A stretch of 61,236 bases of DNA, counting the filler, from Hausera hauseri (lineage: Eukaryota): the NCBI GenBank assembly GCA_046269625.1. It is 11 parts of 11 records of this genome, joined end to end, with 100 filler letters (N's around TTAATTAATTAA, not from the genome) between each part and the next. Parts side by side here need not be neighbours in the genome. Positions count along the whole stretch, not along the records: positions 1 to 5,396 come from JBJURY010263176.1; positions 5,497 to 11,906 come from JBJURY010103543.1; 9 more parts are not named here. One strand, given 5' to 3'. Under the pieces are notes generated by a model. The model saw only the letters and a program-made list of their open reading frames with translations. It ran no database searches and had not been told where the DNA came from. The position numbers and the translations under genes are program-made. Within the stretch, counting starts at the first letter, position 1. The number at the start of each line of letters is the position of its first letter. Below, in pieces: positions 1 to 11,802 of this stretch.

Positions 1-35
1 ACACACAAAAACACAAACACACACACACACACACA

Positions 36-90
<55 letters not shown>

Positions 91-104
91 GCCAACACAC
101 ACAC
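1..104. repeat. (CA)n microsatellite
   Basis: Direct reading: imperfect then pure AC dinucleotide run at the contig start. Confidence 0.97.
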
Positions 105-1583
105 GGGCCCGAGGATCTGAACCCCGATTTCAAACCTGGGGACTGATAGCATAGAAGGAGGAGGGGATTCTGCGCTGCGCCATCAGAGAGAGACACCGAG
201 GAGAAGAGAGGGTTGGGACCGGGAGGAAGAGCCGAAGGGAGGGAAGGAGAGAAACTCCCACCCTGGACTGATCTTATCCGAGCAAGAGGGAGAAAAGGAG
301 AGAGAGAGAGGAAGGGGGAGGAAGAGGAGCGCATTGGGAGGCAGCAGCAGACACATTTCACTGGATTTCCTTTTGGGGATTAAAGGACGCGCTGAATCCA
401 TGAGTGCAGAGGTATGAAAGATCATTTAATCTGTTTTCTGAATGAGTCTCAGGTGCTGCTCTCAGCCCAACCTGTTACTAAAAACAGAATCTGATCTCAA
501 ATCGTAGAAACTTTAATAGAAGCAGCAGCCTGCTCAGAGAGCCAGGGCGCATTTGTGCTGCAAATTCAGACCTAAACTTAAAGAAATGAATATTATATGC
601 TTGAAATCAGCTTCTTTTTTAATATAATCTGATGAAATGACTTTAAAAATATACTAATTCTGCAAATTCAGAAATATTGTTGTAAAAGTGCAGAATTTTT
701 GTAAAATAAACTGGTTAAATTTATAAATTAACTCAACTTTTCCTTCATAAATCAACCAGTTGTAAAATTGTAATCTGGAAGAGCATTCTCTGAGATCCAG
801 AGGAACTTTAGTGTAAGAATCATGAATCTAAAAAAAATGTCCATTTTTTTAACACCTTTTATTTTGTTTCTCTGCCACTTAAGTTTGTTGTTTGCTCAAA
901 TAAATCAGTTGTATTCAGGAGCTATTAATGCATATTAAGATGCAGGGTCGTGCTGTCTGATCGTTTAACGCCCACCTCACAGGAACAAAGTTCAGTTCAT
1001 TCATGATGTGTCGGTCAGCCAGGTGTGTTCCCTTTTAAGTGTCCATGCCCTCAGGTAATGATGAGTGGCTGGCAGGTGAGGAGACGGAGAGGATGCAGAG
1101 AACAAAAAGTGAAAGAAAGTCATGAGATAAAGGAGGAGGAGAGGAGAGGTGCTGTTGTGTTTGGTCTTATTGTCAGACGACAACACTCATCATATATTCT
1201 CCCTCAGGACCGTCCATCAAATGGTCCCCCCACCCCCCTCCTCACAAATCTTCTGTCAGGTCCTTTTTGTTAATTTAATTTTCTTCTCGGCTCTCAGACA
1301 AAGTCGCCCAGTGTTTCCCCCTCAGCTCAGTCAGCTCTGTGTGGGCAGGAGCCTCAGCCGCTGCTCTGCGGTCGGTCCAGACACGTTGCTCTGTAATTGG
1401 AAAAAAGGGGGATCGAGGACCTAAATAACTGACTCCAGATCAGTGTGCAGGAGTTGTGTGAGCATGGGATCTGATGTCACTCTTTTTCTACTTCCTTCCT
1501 CTTATCTAGCTTTTGCCCCTTTGTTCCTTCACTTTTTTAATTCAACACGTTCCTCTGCCTGCAGGTTTAGAGGGCTGCTGAGG

Positions 1584-1671
1584 ATGTTGTCCACAGGAGA
1601 GGTCAGGTGGCGTTTGTGGTTGGTGGTGCTGGCCCTTGTTTCCTGTTACCCCAACAGGGCACAAAGTGAGG
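1584..1671 (+). CDS. First coding (signal peptide) exon of a teleost secreted/extracellular protein; candidate collagen XIV alpha-1
   Basis: Acceptor (pyrimidine tract, cag at 1562-1564), ATG 1584, MLSTGEVRWRLWLVVLALVSCYPNRAQSE, then phase-1 GTAAGT donor at 1672. An upstream GA-rich leader exon ends at donor GTATGA (412). A non-coding exon followed by an 88-nt phase-1 signal exon resembles COL14A1 as I recall it; identity unconfirmed. Confidence 0.65.
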
Positions 1672-2424
1672 GTAAGTCTTCCTCTTCTTTAGTTCACTTT
1701 CACCCCGTCTGTCATCCATCCTCTTCCCAGTCAACCTCTCCACTGTAGCTCTACATTTTTCATAATTTCTTCTACTTTCTTCCTTCAGTTGTGTTTTCTT
1801 TTTTCTGATAGAAGCTCAGATAAAATATTACTCCTGCTCATTTCACCCTGACATCATGGCAACACTTCCAGCATTGTTTCATGCTGTCGTTTTTCTGCAC
1901 CAGGTAGTAAGTTATGCTTTGTGGTTAAATCAGGAAACTTTATTTCATCAGAGTTTCCTCAAAATCATCTTTGATTTAATCAGTGAGCTTTCACAAAAAA
2001 ACTGATTGCATTCTTAAAACGATATTCATATTTGCTTTGTTAGGTAGTGTTTATGAGAAAACAGCTTCTGCTTTATTTGGGTCACAGATTTTTAAAAGCA
2101 TTTCAGCAATTTTGGCACTTAGTGGTTTTTTTTTTGTTTTCAAAAGTAGCTTTTATTGAATGAATGCACATCGCTCACAGCCTTCTGTGCTTGAGTTTTA
2201 TTCTAAGATCATACTATAGTGAGAAATGATGGAGGTTTAGTCATTTGCGTCAAACCTTGAAAATGTCACATGACATGATCTATTAGTGCTCAGCTTCATA
2301 TCACAGCTCAGCGTCTGTAAATCGCTGAGTTGAAGGCACTTTTCTGTTCGCTAAGGTCAATTAGCCGTGGCAGCAATGTGGAACTGTGACGACTTCCAAC
2401 AGTTATAGTTGTTCTGTGATTAAA

Positions 2425-2995
2425 AGTACGTCAAAGTAATATTCAATTTAAAGTACTATCTTACCATAAAATACTTTGGTAAAAGTTAAAGTCTCCTTTA
2501 AGAGTATTACTTGAGGATTTCTTGAAGTATCTGACATTTACTGTTCTCCAGTATCGAAAGTATATTTCTGATATTAAAGTTAGAAATTAGTAGAATTAGT
2601 AGGTTTGGATAGTGACATTAATTGGGAGACCCCCCCCCCACCACCACCACCACCAAAATAAATAAATAAATAAACAAAAAAAAATTTATAAAGGGCATAA
2701 TTACTATATTGATACATTAAATATCTAATGTTGAAAAGTTTATACTTTATACTTCTCTTCCAACCACAATTACATATTGGGGAGGTGCCATATGGATAGT
2801 TTTTGGAAAGTTTGGATAGTTTTTTTCTAAGTTTTCTAAGTTTTTTTCTTATAAGCCAAAGGGAAATTGGAGTAATGAGGCTATTTTTAAAATTCATGAG
2901 TAAAATTTAGAAGTTAGCTGGGGAAAAATGACTCCAGTAAAGTATAGATAACCAAAATTCCTACTTCAGTAAATTAAAATATTAGAACATTTTTT
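2425..2995. mobile_element. Degenerate non-autonomous fish DNA transposon (TACTT/AAGTA-rich), related to 44461-45259 and ~47100-47282
   Basis: Shares motifs such as aaatactttggtaaaagttaaa and aagtatctgacatt with the 44461-45259 element; boundaries approximate. Confidence 0.5.
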
Positions 2996-5396
2996 ACTTT
3001 AAGTCTCAACCAGTGATCAAATAAATAACAAAAAAGTGTTATTTGCTTTTTTTGAAAAACAATTTTTATCGTTTTCCTCTTGAAAAATTGACCTTTTCTC
3101 AAAGCTTCAGTGGACCGGACTGTTTGTTGGAGAAAATAAATTACTACACATATTTTACCTTTAAGTGGAGTCATGAGACACTTGTGACAAAGAGGGTGTC
3201 GAGGAAAAGGGAACCAATACAGAAGTAAGACTGGTTGGGCCATCTACAGACAATTTATTATGCCTGTAAATGGCTCTGAATTCAGAAAGCAAACACATTA
3301 TAACACCTTCTTCTTGAGCCCGACCTCTTTTCCGGGGCAGCATTCCCAATGGAAGAGCTGGGCTCCGTAACAACAGTTCTAATTACTTGTGGGAACAAAA
3401 GTTATGTGTTGTGTGTGATTAAGGCACGTGCTAACTAATGCATCAAGGGGAGTACACACTGAGTTGTCCGTGTCATGTCACTCACAGATTAATCATAAAA
3501 GTAAATAATTACACAAAAATTCGTCATAGTTAACCTCCAAATAAAACAGTATGTGTGATTCATTAAATCAGTGAAAAACAGAACAAATTTTCTTCCTTTA
3601 TTCAGTGCTGAAGTTCTTACATTTGGAAAAAAAGTGGTTTCTTAAACCTGTTCACTCTTACTTAATCTGAATCCTTTGACAGGACATTTTGTGTTAATAT
3701 GAGCATTTATGTGATCAAATATTTGTTTATAAAACCTGCATCTGGCATCCAGAGTCTAAACTACTCATGCAGTCACCTCTGAGAGGCTCGTAAACATTGA
3801 ACTCATCCTGGTTTCAGAGTGGATCTGCTTGTGTTCATCTACTCATCTCACACGTTCAAACTTCTAGCTATCAGGATGTGAAGTTATTGGAGCAGAAAAC
3901 CAGCAGGTTGTGGTGAGAGGAAGACTGCACAGAATCCTCAGCTTGTTTAAAACAAGTAATGCAGACATTTAAATAAATCCACAAAATTCAACCTTGAAAA
4001 TCCACTTCTGGAAGTTGCAGCAGTTTTTGCTCTCAGATGCTGAATGAGCCGACGCGGGTTTGTTGTGAATTCATCAGCAGTGAGTCCTCGACAAACAAGG
4101 CCTGCTTTGAAATAAGAGCTGTCTGTTTGCTTTACTACTTAGTCCTCATTCTTTGCCTGTTTTCCTTCTTCTTTCCCCAAAACCTTCATCCTCTCATCAT
4201 TCCGTCAGTGTCTAGCTTCACTTTGTTCTTAATTTTTCTTATTTACCTTTATTGCCCATTGCTGGAGGGTGACATTGCTTTAACCACGGTCTCTGTGTTT
4301 GTCATGTTAGAAAAATATCTTATACGCCAATGAATTTGAATGAAATTGTCAAAGGGTGAACGTCAACAGTTGATTACTTTTTTATTCAACTTCATACATG
4401 ATGGCAACCTCGGCAAAGTCAAACATTGTATGATGTTTTAATGTCTTCAGAACAGGTCGTTGAAAATGAGAGTTAGTTCTCAGTCAACCTGGTTAAATAA
4501 ATTAATAAAATAGAATTTAAAAATGATCAACTAAGCCTGTTTTACAGATATTACTCTAAGATTTGATGAGATAGCACCTGAGAGTCATCCATACCACATG
4601 GTAACCACTTGATACAGGCCTTCAAAAAAACATAAAATAAAAACAAATCCCTATTAAACTCACAAGACACAAACTTCATTTACAACAACAGAAATATGCA
4701 CACGTACACAGACCAATCCAGAAAACAACTCATTATAACATTTTAGTGTCTTAGGTGAGAAAATTAAAGTCAACAATTATTGCAGTTTTACTCAAGATTC
4801 AGGAAAAAATATAGACCGCACCACAGACAGCGCAAACATGACAAAGAACCAGTTATTTCCTTTCTTTTTCAAAAGTATTTACAGCTAAACAACATAATGA
4901 GCAGCAGGATATAAAAGGGCTTCCACCTACTCTTCAAGAAGAATATGTCTTTCTTTTTTAATCATTTCGTAATCCAGAATTCAAAGCGCTCCAAAAATGC
5001 CTTTTTTAGACACATCCTCGTCAGAAAAATCCCTTTTCTTTGCTGTAGAGAGACATAGATCGACTCAGTTGGTCAAAAGAGGTGTTAATCAAATCCCTTA
5101 GCATTTTAATTTGAAGCCCCCTGGTAGAAGGTGGGAGTCTCTAAATGCCAAAATACCTCAGCCTGTGGGTGGGCCGTCGCCTAGACGTGCTTTTGCTCTG
5201 CTCCTGACACCCTCCCCCCCTTACCAGCTTGCTGCTTTTTTCTCAAGCTCTTTTTTCACCTAATCATCCGAACACAGAAGGAATTATGGATTTGGTCAAC
5301 TGGTCTCTGAACGCAATCGACACTATTTTTTCCACATTGAGATTGGATCGTGGGGAGCGAAGCTGTCCCAGTGGTACAGTGCCAGCCGGGCGCTTG

Positions 5397-5496
5397 NNNN
5401 NNNNNNNNNNNNNNNNNNNNNNNNNNNNNNNNNNNNNNNNTTAATTAATTAANNNNNNNNNNNNNNNNNNNNNNNNNNNNNNNNNNNNNNNNNNNN
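5397..5496. other. Artificial contig spacer N44-TTAATTAATTAA-N44; others at 11907-12006, 16939-17038, 21489-21588, 25762-25861, 31874-31973, 36732-36831, 47593-47692, 51765-51864, 56014-56113
   Basis: Ten identical 100-bp spacers; the palindromic 12-mer places stops in all six frames. Confidence 0.99.
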
Positions 5497-6526
5497 CAAC
5501 TGCCTCTAGCCTCAATTAATAAATGTCTTCCTGGTTCAAAATTTAAGAAATTGCTGCTTACACATGAGCGTAAGTCCAAGTATGTTGTTCAATATCGCCT
5601 CTTACAGTTGTACATCGAGTTAGGAGCTGTAGCTGAAAAGGTTCATAGCGCTGTTGAGTTTGACCAGGGTTTTCTTTAAGGATTACATCGATCTAAAGAC
5701 TGCAAAAAGGGCTGCGGCGAAAAATCCTTTCGAGAAAGATTTCTTTAAGCTGAAGAACAACAGTTTGTATGGAAAAACAGTTGAAAACCTTCTGAAAAGG
5801 TCAAACGTAAGACTATGTAATAATGCTAAGGAGCTTATTACTTACGCTAACAAGGCACAGTTTAAATAGAGCATTATAATCGCAGATGATCTGGTTGCCG
5901 TTCTTCTGGATAAAGACATGGTAACATTAGATAGACCCTCATACATTGGTCAGGCCGGACTTGATTTTTCTAAGTTGCGCATGTATGAGTTGCATTATAT
6001 CTAGTTGGAGTCTTATAGGCAAGAGTTTAATTGTCAACCTAATATTATTGCTAGTAATACAGACAGCTCTTTCATCGAATTCCGCGGTGTTGATTTGCGA
6101 TCACAGCTCCTGCCAGCAATGATAACTAATGAACAGTTGGACACTTCAAACTATGATAAAAGTGATCTGCTGTACTCCACTCGCTTCGCTTCTGTCGTAG
6201 GCAAATTTAATGATGAGAGTAAGGGCTGTGTCCAGTATCAGGACGAGATTTTCCTACGGCCGAAATCATATGCATTGAAAACTGAAAGCAAATCAATCCT
6301 TAAATGCAAATGAATCAATTTGAAACAGACTGACTTACAGTTCGACAGCTATTTACAAGCATACAAAACCGGTTGATCGACTATGGTGGACCAGTAGCGA
6401 ATTGGGACAGAAAATTATCAGTTGATGACAATACAAAAAAGGAAGAAAGCACTGGACCCGTTTGACGATAAAAGGCAGTGGATTGACAAAAACAAAAATG
6501 TCGCATATGGATATTATTGTATATGA
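5497..6526 (+). pseudogene. Polinton/Maverick protein-primed DNA polymerase B, C-terminal part (disrupted)
   Basis: KNPFEKDFFKLKNNSLYGKTVEN, NTDS (motif C, degenerate), GKFNDE, LRPKSY, ALDPFDDKR; several stops and frameshifts. Confidence 0.9.
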
Positions 6527-6648
6527 TTGTTGTATATATTTTGTGTAAATAAATATTTCATTCTTTACTGTGTTTGTTTTATTAATAAGGTTTTTTAATC
6601 AAATACGTTTCATTTATACTGTTTTGTGAACATTTATAACATACAAAG

Positions 6649-7250
6649 TGTCAGTAGTTGAAGGTGGGCCCTATCCAACACCAAACTATAACGATTGCAA
6701 ATTGAAGTTTATTTATAATTTAGCAGGTAAGTTCTAACGTTCTCGTTAGAAGTTTTGCACTATTTTAGATGTTTGTACTGCGTGTTGTGCCTTGCGTAAT
6801 TTATAAATTCTCGACTTAGCTAGTTTAATTCAAGTTTAACCTTAGTGTCGTACTAATCCCTCGTAAGGAGCGACGGAAACTATAAGGAAGTTTAATACAG
6901 TTTATTCAACAAAAAAGGAAAATAAATACCGAATAATAACAACTGAATATCGACACAGTAATTAATCAATAAGCAAGTCCGAATACAGTTTCTTTCGCTG
7001 ATTAACAGATTTGATTTTCAGATTTTAATTACATCTGACATGCTATACATCATGCTACAGCTTATATAGTTGCTTGTAAACAACATCGACTGAGAGGGAA
7101 TTATCTTTAAATTCTTTTTAGATTAATTTTGATTTGCTACGATTTTATCTGTTTCTTCGCATGCAATTTTTCCATTAAATTTTTGTGTATTTAGAGTGGA
7201 TTTAATAAACTGATTGATTTTCAACTTAAAATTGGCAGTAATCCAGTTTC
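6649..7250 (-). mobile_element. 3' LTR of cargo-carrying Gypsy-type element (copy A); inner boundary approximate
   Basis: Starts TGT on + (ends ACA on -). Minus-strand TATATAA near 7062-7068 and AATAAA at 6901-6906. Colinear similarity to 28788-29417. Confidence 0.7.
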
Positions 7251-7296
7251 GGTTTCCACTTTCATTTTCAATTTCTAATTTCGATTTCACTTTCGA

Positions 7297-7800
7297 TTAT
7301 CTATTATTTACAATTTGTACATGACGACTCTTAGTCGCTCTTTTTAGAACATTTTTCCTCCCTGAACGGCACTCGGATGTGCCCATTGCGTCAGAAGAGG
7401 TTCCGCGCAATCGGTTCATTCGTCCGCGTAAGTCCGCTTCTGAATCCGATTCGTCTGGTGGCGATTGTAAGTCAAAGTGGTAGGATGTAGTGGGTCTTTG
7501 GGGTAGGATCTCCACTATCTTTATATTCTCTCCATTTGCGTAGTATCTCAGTGTTGTAGCCTCGGCTCTACATACTGGACAGGTTGTTTTCCCATTTTTC
7601 AGGGTCCACGTTTTTAGACAGTACCGGCAATATTTGTGATTGCAATATTTGTTGTCCAATACTACGAATTCTTGATAGAGATCCGCATCGCAAACGGGAC
7701 ATTCTTCTTTCTCAGATCCGTCTATGTCCACAAGGTTTTCATACATTTCTATTCTCTCAAATACTAGTCTTTTTTGTCTCAATATAGGTATCTGTATAAT
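7297..7800 (-). CDS. C3HC4 RING finger domain, C-terminus of accessory ORF3 of LTR element copy A
   Basis: CPVC-x13-CNHKYCRYC-x12-CPVCR followed by an acidic then basic tail. Confidence 0.85.
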   Translation of the reverse strand: MIQIPILRQKRLVFERIEMYENLVDIDGSEKEECPVCDADLYQEFVVLDNKYCNHKYCRYCLKTWTLKNGKTTCPVCRAEATTLRYYANGENIKIVEILPQRPTTSYHFDLQSPPDESDSEADLRGRMNRLRGTSSDAMGTSECRSGRKNVLKRATKSRHVQIVNNR

Positions 7801-9727
7801 CTTTTTTTATTTGAGTTTATAGAACTTTTCTTAGGATCGTCTGATACCGTGACCAATGTCCATTCGACTATTTTTTGTTTATCCAAATCCGGTATTCCAG
7901 TTTTTCGTATTGCCTTTTAGTTGAATTCTAACTTGGGCATCTACAGGAATTGTCAATCTGTTAGTACCATTCTTTGACTAAAATATTGGAGCTAGGTATC
8001 TGCCAATAGTGGTATCTTCCCTGGCACATCTATTTCCACTTACTATCCTTCTCGGAACGGTGGATACATAAGATACAGCTTCTTTGATCTTATCCTAGCT
8101 ATAATATTCGGCTATGAAAAGCATTCATTTGTATTCTTTTACTTGACCGAATTCCGTAACTATAATTGGGGTATTTTCTTCCCAGTTCTTCCGAAGAACG
8201 TAAACTTCCGTCTTTATAGATCTGGGCTTGGTAATTTTCAACTGATTTTCGTTGTTCTCTTTTGTTTCTCGTTGGTTCTATATTTCTTTTTGATTATTCG
8301 CTTGTTCATTCGGGATTAGGCTGTCTGCTGCTGATCTGTTTTCGTCCATTTAGTTTTTACTGGTTTTGCTCTTCTTTCTACTTATATATCCCAGGAAGGA
8401 AGTTTTCGTCTTTTGTCTTCTTGGATTTTCTGAGTTACTTAATTTTACGGTTATTCCTTCTTGAGCCTTATTGGTCGATGACTTCTGTCGGCTGTTCGGG
8501 GCTTCTATTGGATTATTATGGACTGTTACTCGAAATCGGTTATGTTCTTGGGGCTCGACTTGTCTATAGCTCGGGTATTCACTAAACCATTTTCAGAATT
8601 TTTGTATCAGTACCTTTGGGTTGTTGTCGGATATCGCATTCTGCATGGGGTTTTTGGGTTTCCACTCGTGTTCCCGTCGTAATGAGTCATAGATTTTCTT
8701 TATAAATCTTGTCTGTTGACTTGCCGATATAAGTTTAGGGAATTTAAATCGTTCGCCATTCGTGGCTTTTAGCCTCATTTTAAATTGTGATTCGCATGAT
8801 GCTGACGGAAGCAGGCATCCTCTTTTCCTCATCAACGTGTTTTCTACTTGACTCACAACCGTTGGATTTCGACTCAGTTCCCGAATTCCAGCTATATACT
8901 CTTGTCGAATTCCTAGCCGTTCTAACGCTTTGTGCACTCGGAATCCGGCAACAATGTACCCATATAAACAATGGCTTATATCTTCCTGGATTTCTAAGAA
9001 ATCTTTTCCTTTTTCGAGATGTACTTTTGTAATCCCTGTAACGTCGGGAAAGGTATCTTTTACCCTAGCTCGAGGCGCGATTATTTTGTTTATAAGTTCT
9101 TCCCCGTTCGTATTTCTGATAGAGACCTCAATAGGAGTATACCATCCATCATCCTTTTCTCCGTAGTTTACGGCTATTATCCTAGTGTTCCTGCCGTCTA
9201 GAACTAATCTGTAAGACTCTCCATTTTGCTCTATTTCGTCTTCTGATGGCTTTTGTATATATAGTAACGGTGGTATTGGCTTCATCACTTCTGTTCGCCA
9301 GGTCATTTCAATTGTGATTTTCGTCGGAAGTTCAGGGGCTATAGCAACATAGTTTATAATTATTAAATTTCCATTGTTGCCCCTTTTGTGTATTCCGGGA
9401 TTGTCCTACGATCCTGTGTTGAATTTCTTCACCAGCGACATGTATGTACAACTGCTGATGTGTCGGCTCATATGGAATCATATTTCTTAAAAGGCATGCC
9501 CGTGCATCCTCTGGATTCCGCATTGCATATAACAGAACCAGTCGATTTTCCTCTAAACCCCATTTTAACCCAATCGGTATTTTACTTTCCTGATTGAATT
9601 TTAAGTAGGTTTTGTTTTTCAGATTTTCTCAAATTTTTTCTAAGACAGATCATCGTTTTGAAGCAAAATATTTTCTCTGTCTGATGATAGGATAACCTGA
9701 TGTGTAATTGTCAGGTTTTGCTATCAT
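7297..9727 (-). pseudogene. Accessory ORF3 of LTR element copy A: N-domain, inactive DEDDh exonuclease fold, Lys-rich linker, unknown domain, RING (frameshifted)
   Basis: ORF 8593-9306 has IIAVNYGE..EVSIRN..GEELINKII.P...VKD....VTGIT..HL..GKDF.EIQ..I...L.GYIVAG, the REXO4/ISG20 layout. Peptide blocks are colinear with copy B (34702-36731). Confidence 0.75.
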
Positions 9728-11030
9728 AAAGTCCGTCTCTGCGCCCTTTTCCCCGTTTATCTCCCTTTAGATTTTTATCGCGTTTATTACAATTTTTGGA
9801 AACTAGAAAAATCGTCGCCGTTAATATAATAAGAACGAAAATTAACAAACTTAATATAGCTATTGTCGGTAATTTGTTTTCCTCAATAGAATTATTCGTA
9901 GTGAACGCACTTTGGGTAGTAATACCCTTATATTGCATTACTTCAATTTTGTTGTCTAGAGTTCGCACTGTATAAGTTTTAGGATTCTTACCCCTTGCAA
10001 TGATTCTGATTATATAGTTATGTAGCGGTCGTAAGTATAGTCATTCGGTTTCCGGACTATTCTTTCTTAAGACTACGATTTGATTGGTGTGCATGGTGCG
10101 ACATTCGATTTTGACGTCGTAAATTAACGTTTCCTCAACGTAAAATAGGATTTTGTTCCTTTTTGCCAAGACCTTAAACGGTATACTCCCTAGTTCTTTC
10201 TCGAGCAGTTCCTCCGAAGTGACGATCGCAGTAGTTAGAGTTGTACTCGGAACAGTGGACGGTTTCCCCGTAGTGGTTGGAAACGAAAGCTTCCATATTC
10301 CGATTTTGTGACGGTATCCCATTAAGTAAGTGCTTTGTTCGCCGGGATATGTATTGTACAAATTGAGTTGCAATTGATACTTCTGTCCTAGTTGCAATTC
10401 ACAACACACAGTAGGTCGCCGTCGGGCTAGATAACAGTACTCAGGGATAGGAGTCGAAGTAATTAGTGATACAAATCGGACGGGAATTTGTCTGTCTCCT
10501 CGTAGTTCTAACTTGGTTTTAATACGAATACATCAGTTCTTAAAGTCCTTATAAATTCCAATGATGTTGTAGTCTAAGAGTCTTTTAAATGGGTCAGTAT
10601 TTTGAATTATCTCCTCTGTTTTGGCTTGGCTTGTGTCCTTTTGTTGAGGCATTCTTATCAAAAAATCAGTAATGATATAGGCTTGGGCTCCAAGCTGATT
10701 GTAATAAAACATTTGAAACCTGTATCGGTAGGTTTGTCCGAAGTCCAAATCGCAACATTTCCTATGAATTTCATACGGAAAATCGCATGTTCTTATCGTG
10801 GATTTAGTTGCAAATATTATTTAAAATTTCACATGGTTCTGAATATGTCCACTTGCTTCGAACCACGCACATGGTTTGCTCTAATCCATATCGTACACTC
10901 TAATTGATTGCAAGTTTTGGATATCCTTTCGTCTTGCCGCATACTGTAATTTTTCGGTTTGAGTTATCGACTTCACCTTCGGTACATACGAAGCGATTAA
11001 CAATAAGGCGAAAATTATTTGCACGTATGA
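9711..11030 (-). pseudogene. Env-position type I membrane protein with three FN3-like domains (copy A)
   Basis: Signal-like YVQIIFALLLIASYVPKVKS; repeats CCDLDFGQTYRYRF, CCELQLGQKYQLQL, LRPLHNYIIRIIA; Thr-rich linker; TM ILSLLIFVLIILTATIFLV; basic tail. Confidence 0.7.
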
Positions 11031-11802
11031 TATCGGTCTCGCCGTTATGGACGATGTTTTTTTTTCTCTGTCCGTATATTCCGATTTCGCTCTGCTAGAA
11101 CGTAGATTGTCGCGTTTACTTGGTTTTATCTCGGTTTCAACTACTCTCTGAATCGATATGACCTCTTCCTTGCCATTTTTATTTATATAAACTGCGGTCG
11201 GTGTAGTTTTGGTATCTTCATACGGCCCTCTACTGGTTCTGCTAAGTTTGAGAGATGTGACTTTCTTGGTCACTGGATAGTGTACGTAAACTCAATTTCC
11301 TGGTTCTAGGTTGTGTGATTTAGCATTCTTGTCGTATTGCTTCTTAAATTGTTCCTGGTATTGTTTAGATAATTTCTTGGCTATTTCCAACACTTGTGTA
11401 ATCTCAGTTGTAATACCTCGACAAAATTCTGCTCCAATTCCTCCGTTTTTGTGGTCTAGGCAATTAATCCTAAATCTGTAGGCAGTACAGCTTCTCTGCC
11501 GTATATCATAAAAATGGAGTGAATCCTGTCGCAGGATTTGGGGTAGTGTTAATGGCAAACTGTGTACCTTCTAAGAACTCGTTCCAATCTTTCTGGTCTT
11601 TTGCGACTACTGTCTATAAGATTCGTGTAACTGTCGCGTTCATCCGTTCAACCATTCTATTACATAGGGGGTGATAAGCTATGGTAGTTAGTCGTTCAAT
11701 TTCGAAAATTTTGGTAATTTTATCAAACAATTAGCTCGTAAAGTTTCTCCCTCGGTCTGTTAAAATTTGTTCGGGCGGTCCGTATCTGCAAATAATCGTC
11801 CG
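11031..11802 (-). pseudogene. Gypsy-type integrase core and GPY/F region (copy A)
   Basis: ICRYGPPEQILTDRG, AYHP..NRMVERMNATV, FAINTT, GPYE; near-colinear with 32570-33270. Confidence 0.9.

Noticed and set aside
2580-4333. Short ORFs in the first fish contig
   Set aside because: Low-complexity intronic or MITE sequence without splice-consistent coding signal.
5229-5396. ORF MDLVNWSLNAIDTIFST as a host gene
   Set aside because: Truncated by the gap and resembles a dispersed teleost repeat-associated ORF; cannot be classified.
5441-5452. Recurring TTAATTAATTAA motif as a biological repeat or CRISPR-like array
   Set aside because: It is always centred in exactly 88 Ns, so it is a synthetic six-frame-stop linker. 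Adjacency across it has no biological meaning.
8262-8585. Hydrophobic 107-aa plus-strand ORF as a membrane protein
   Set aside because: Antisense to the A-rich Lys/Glu linker of ORF3; the hydrophobicity is a compositional artefact.
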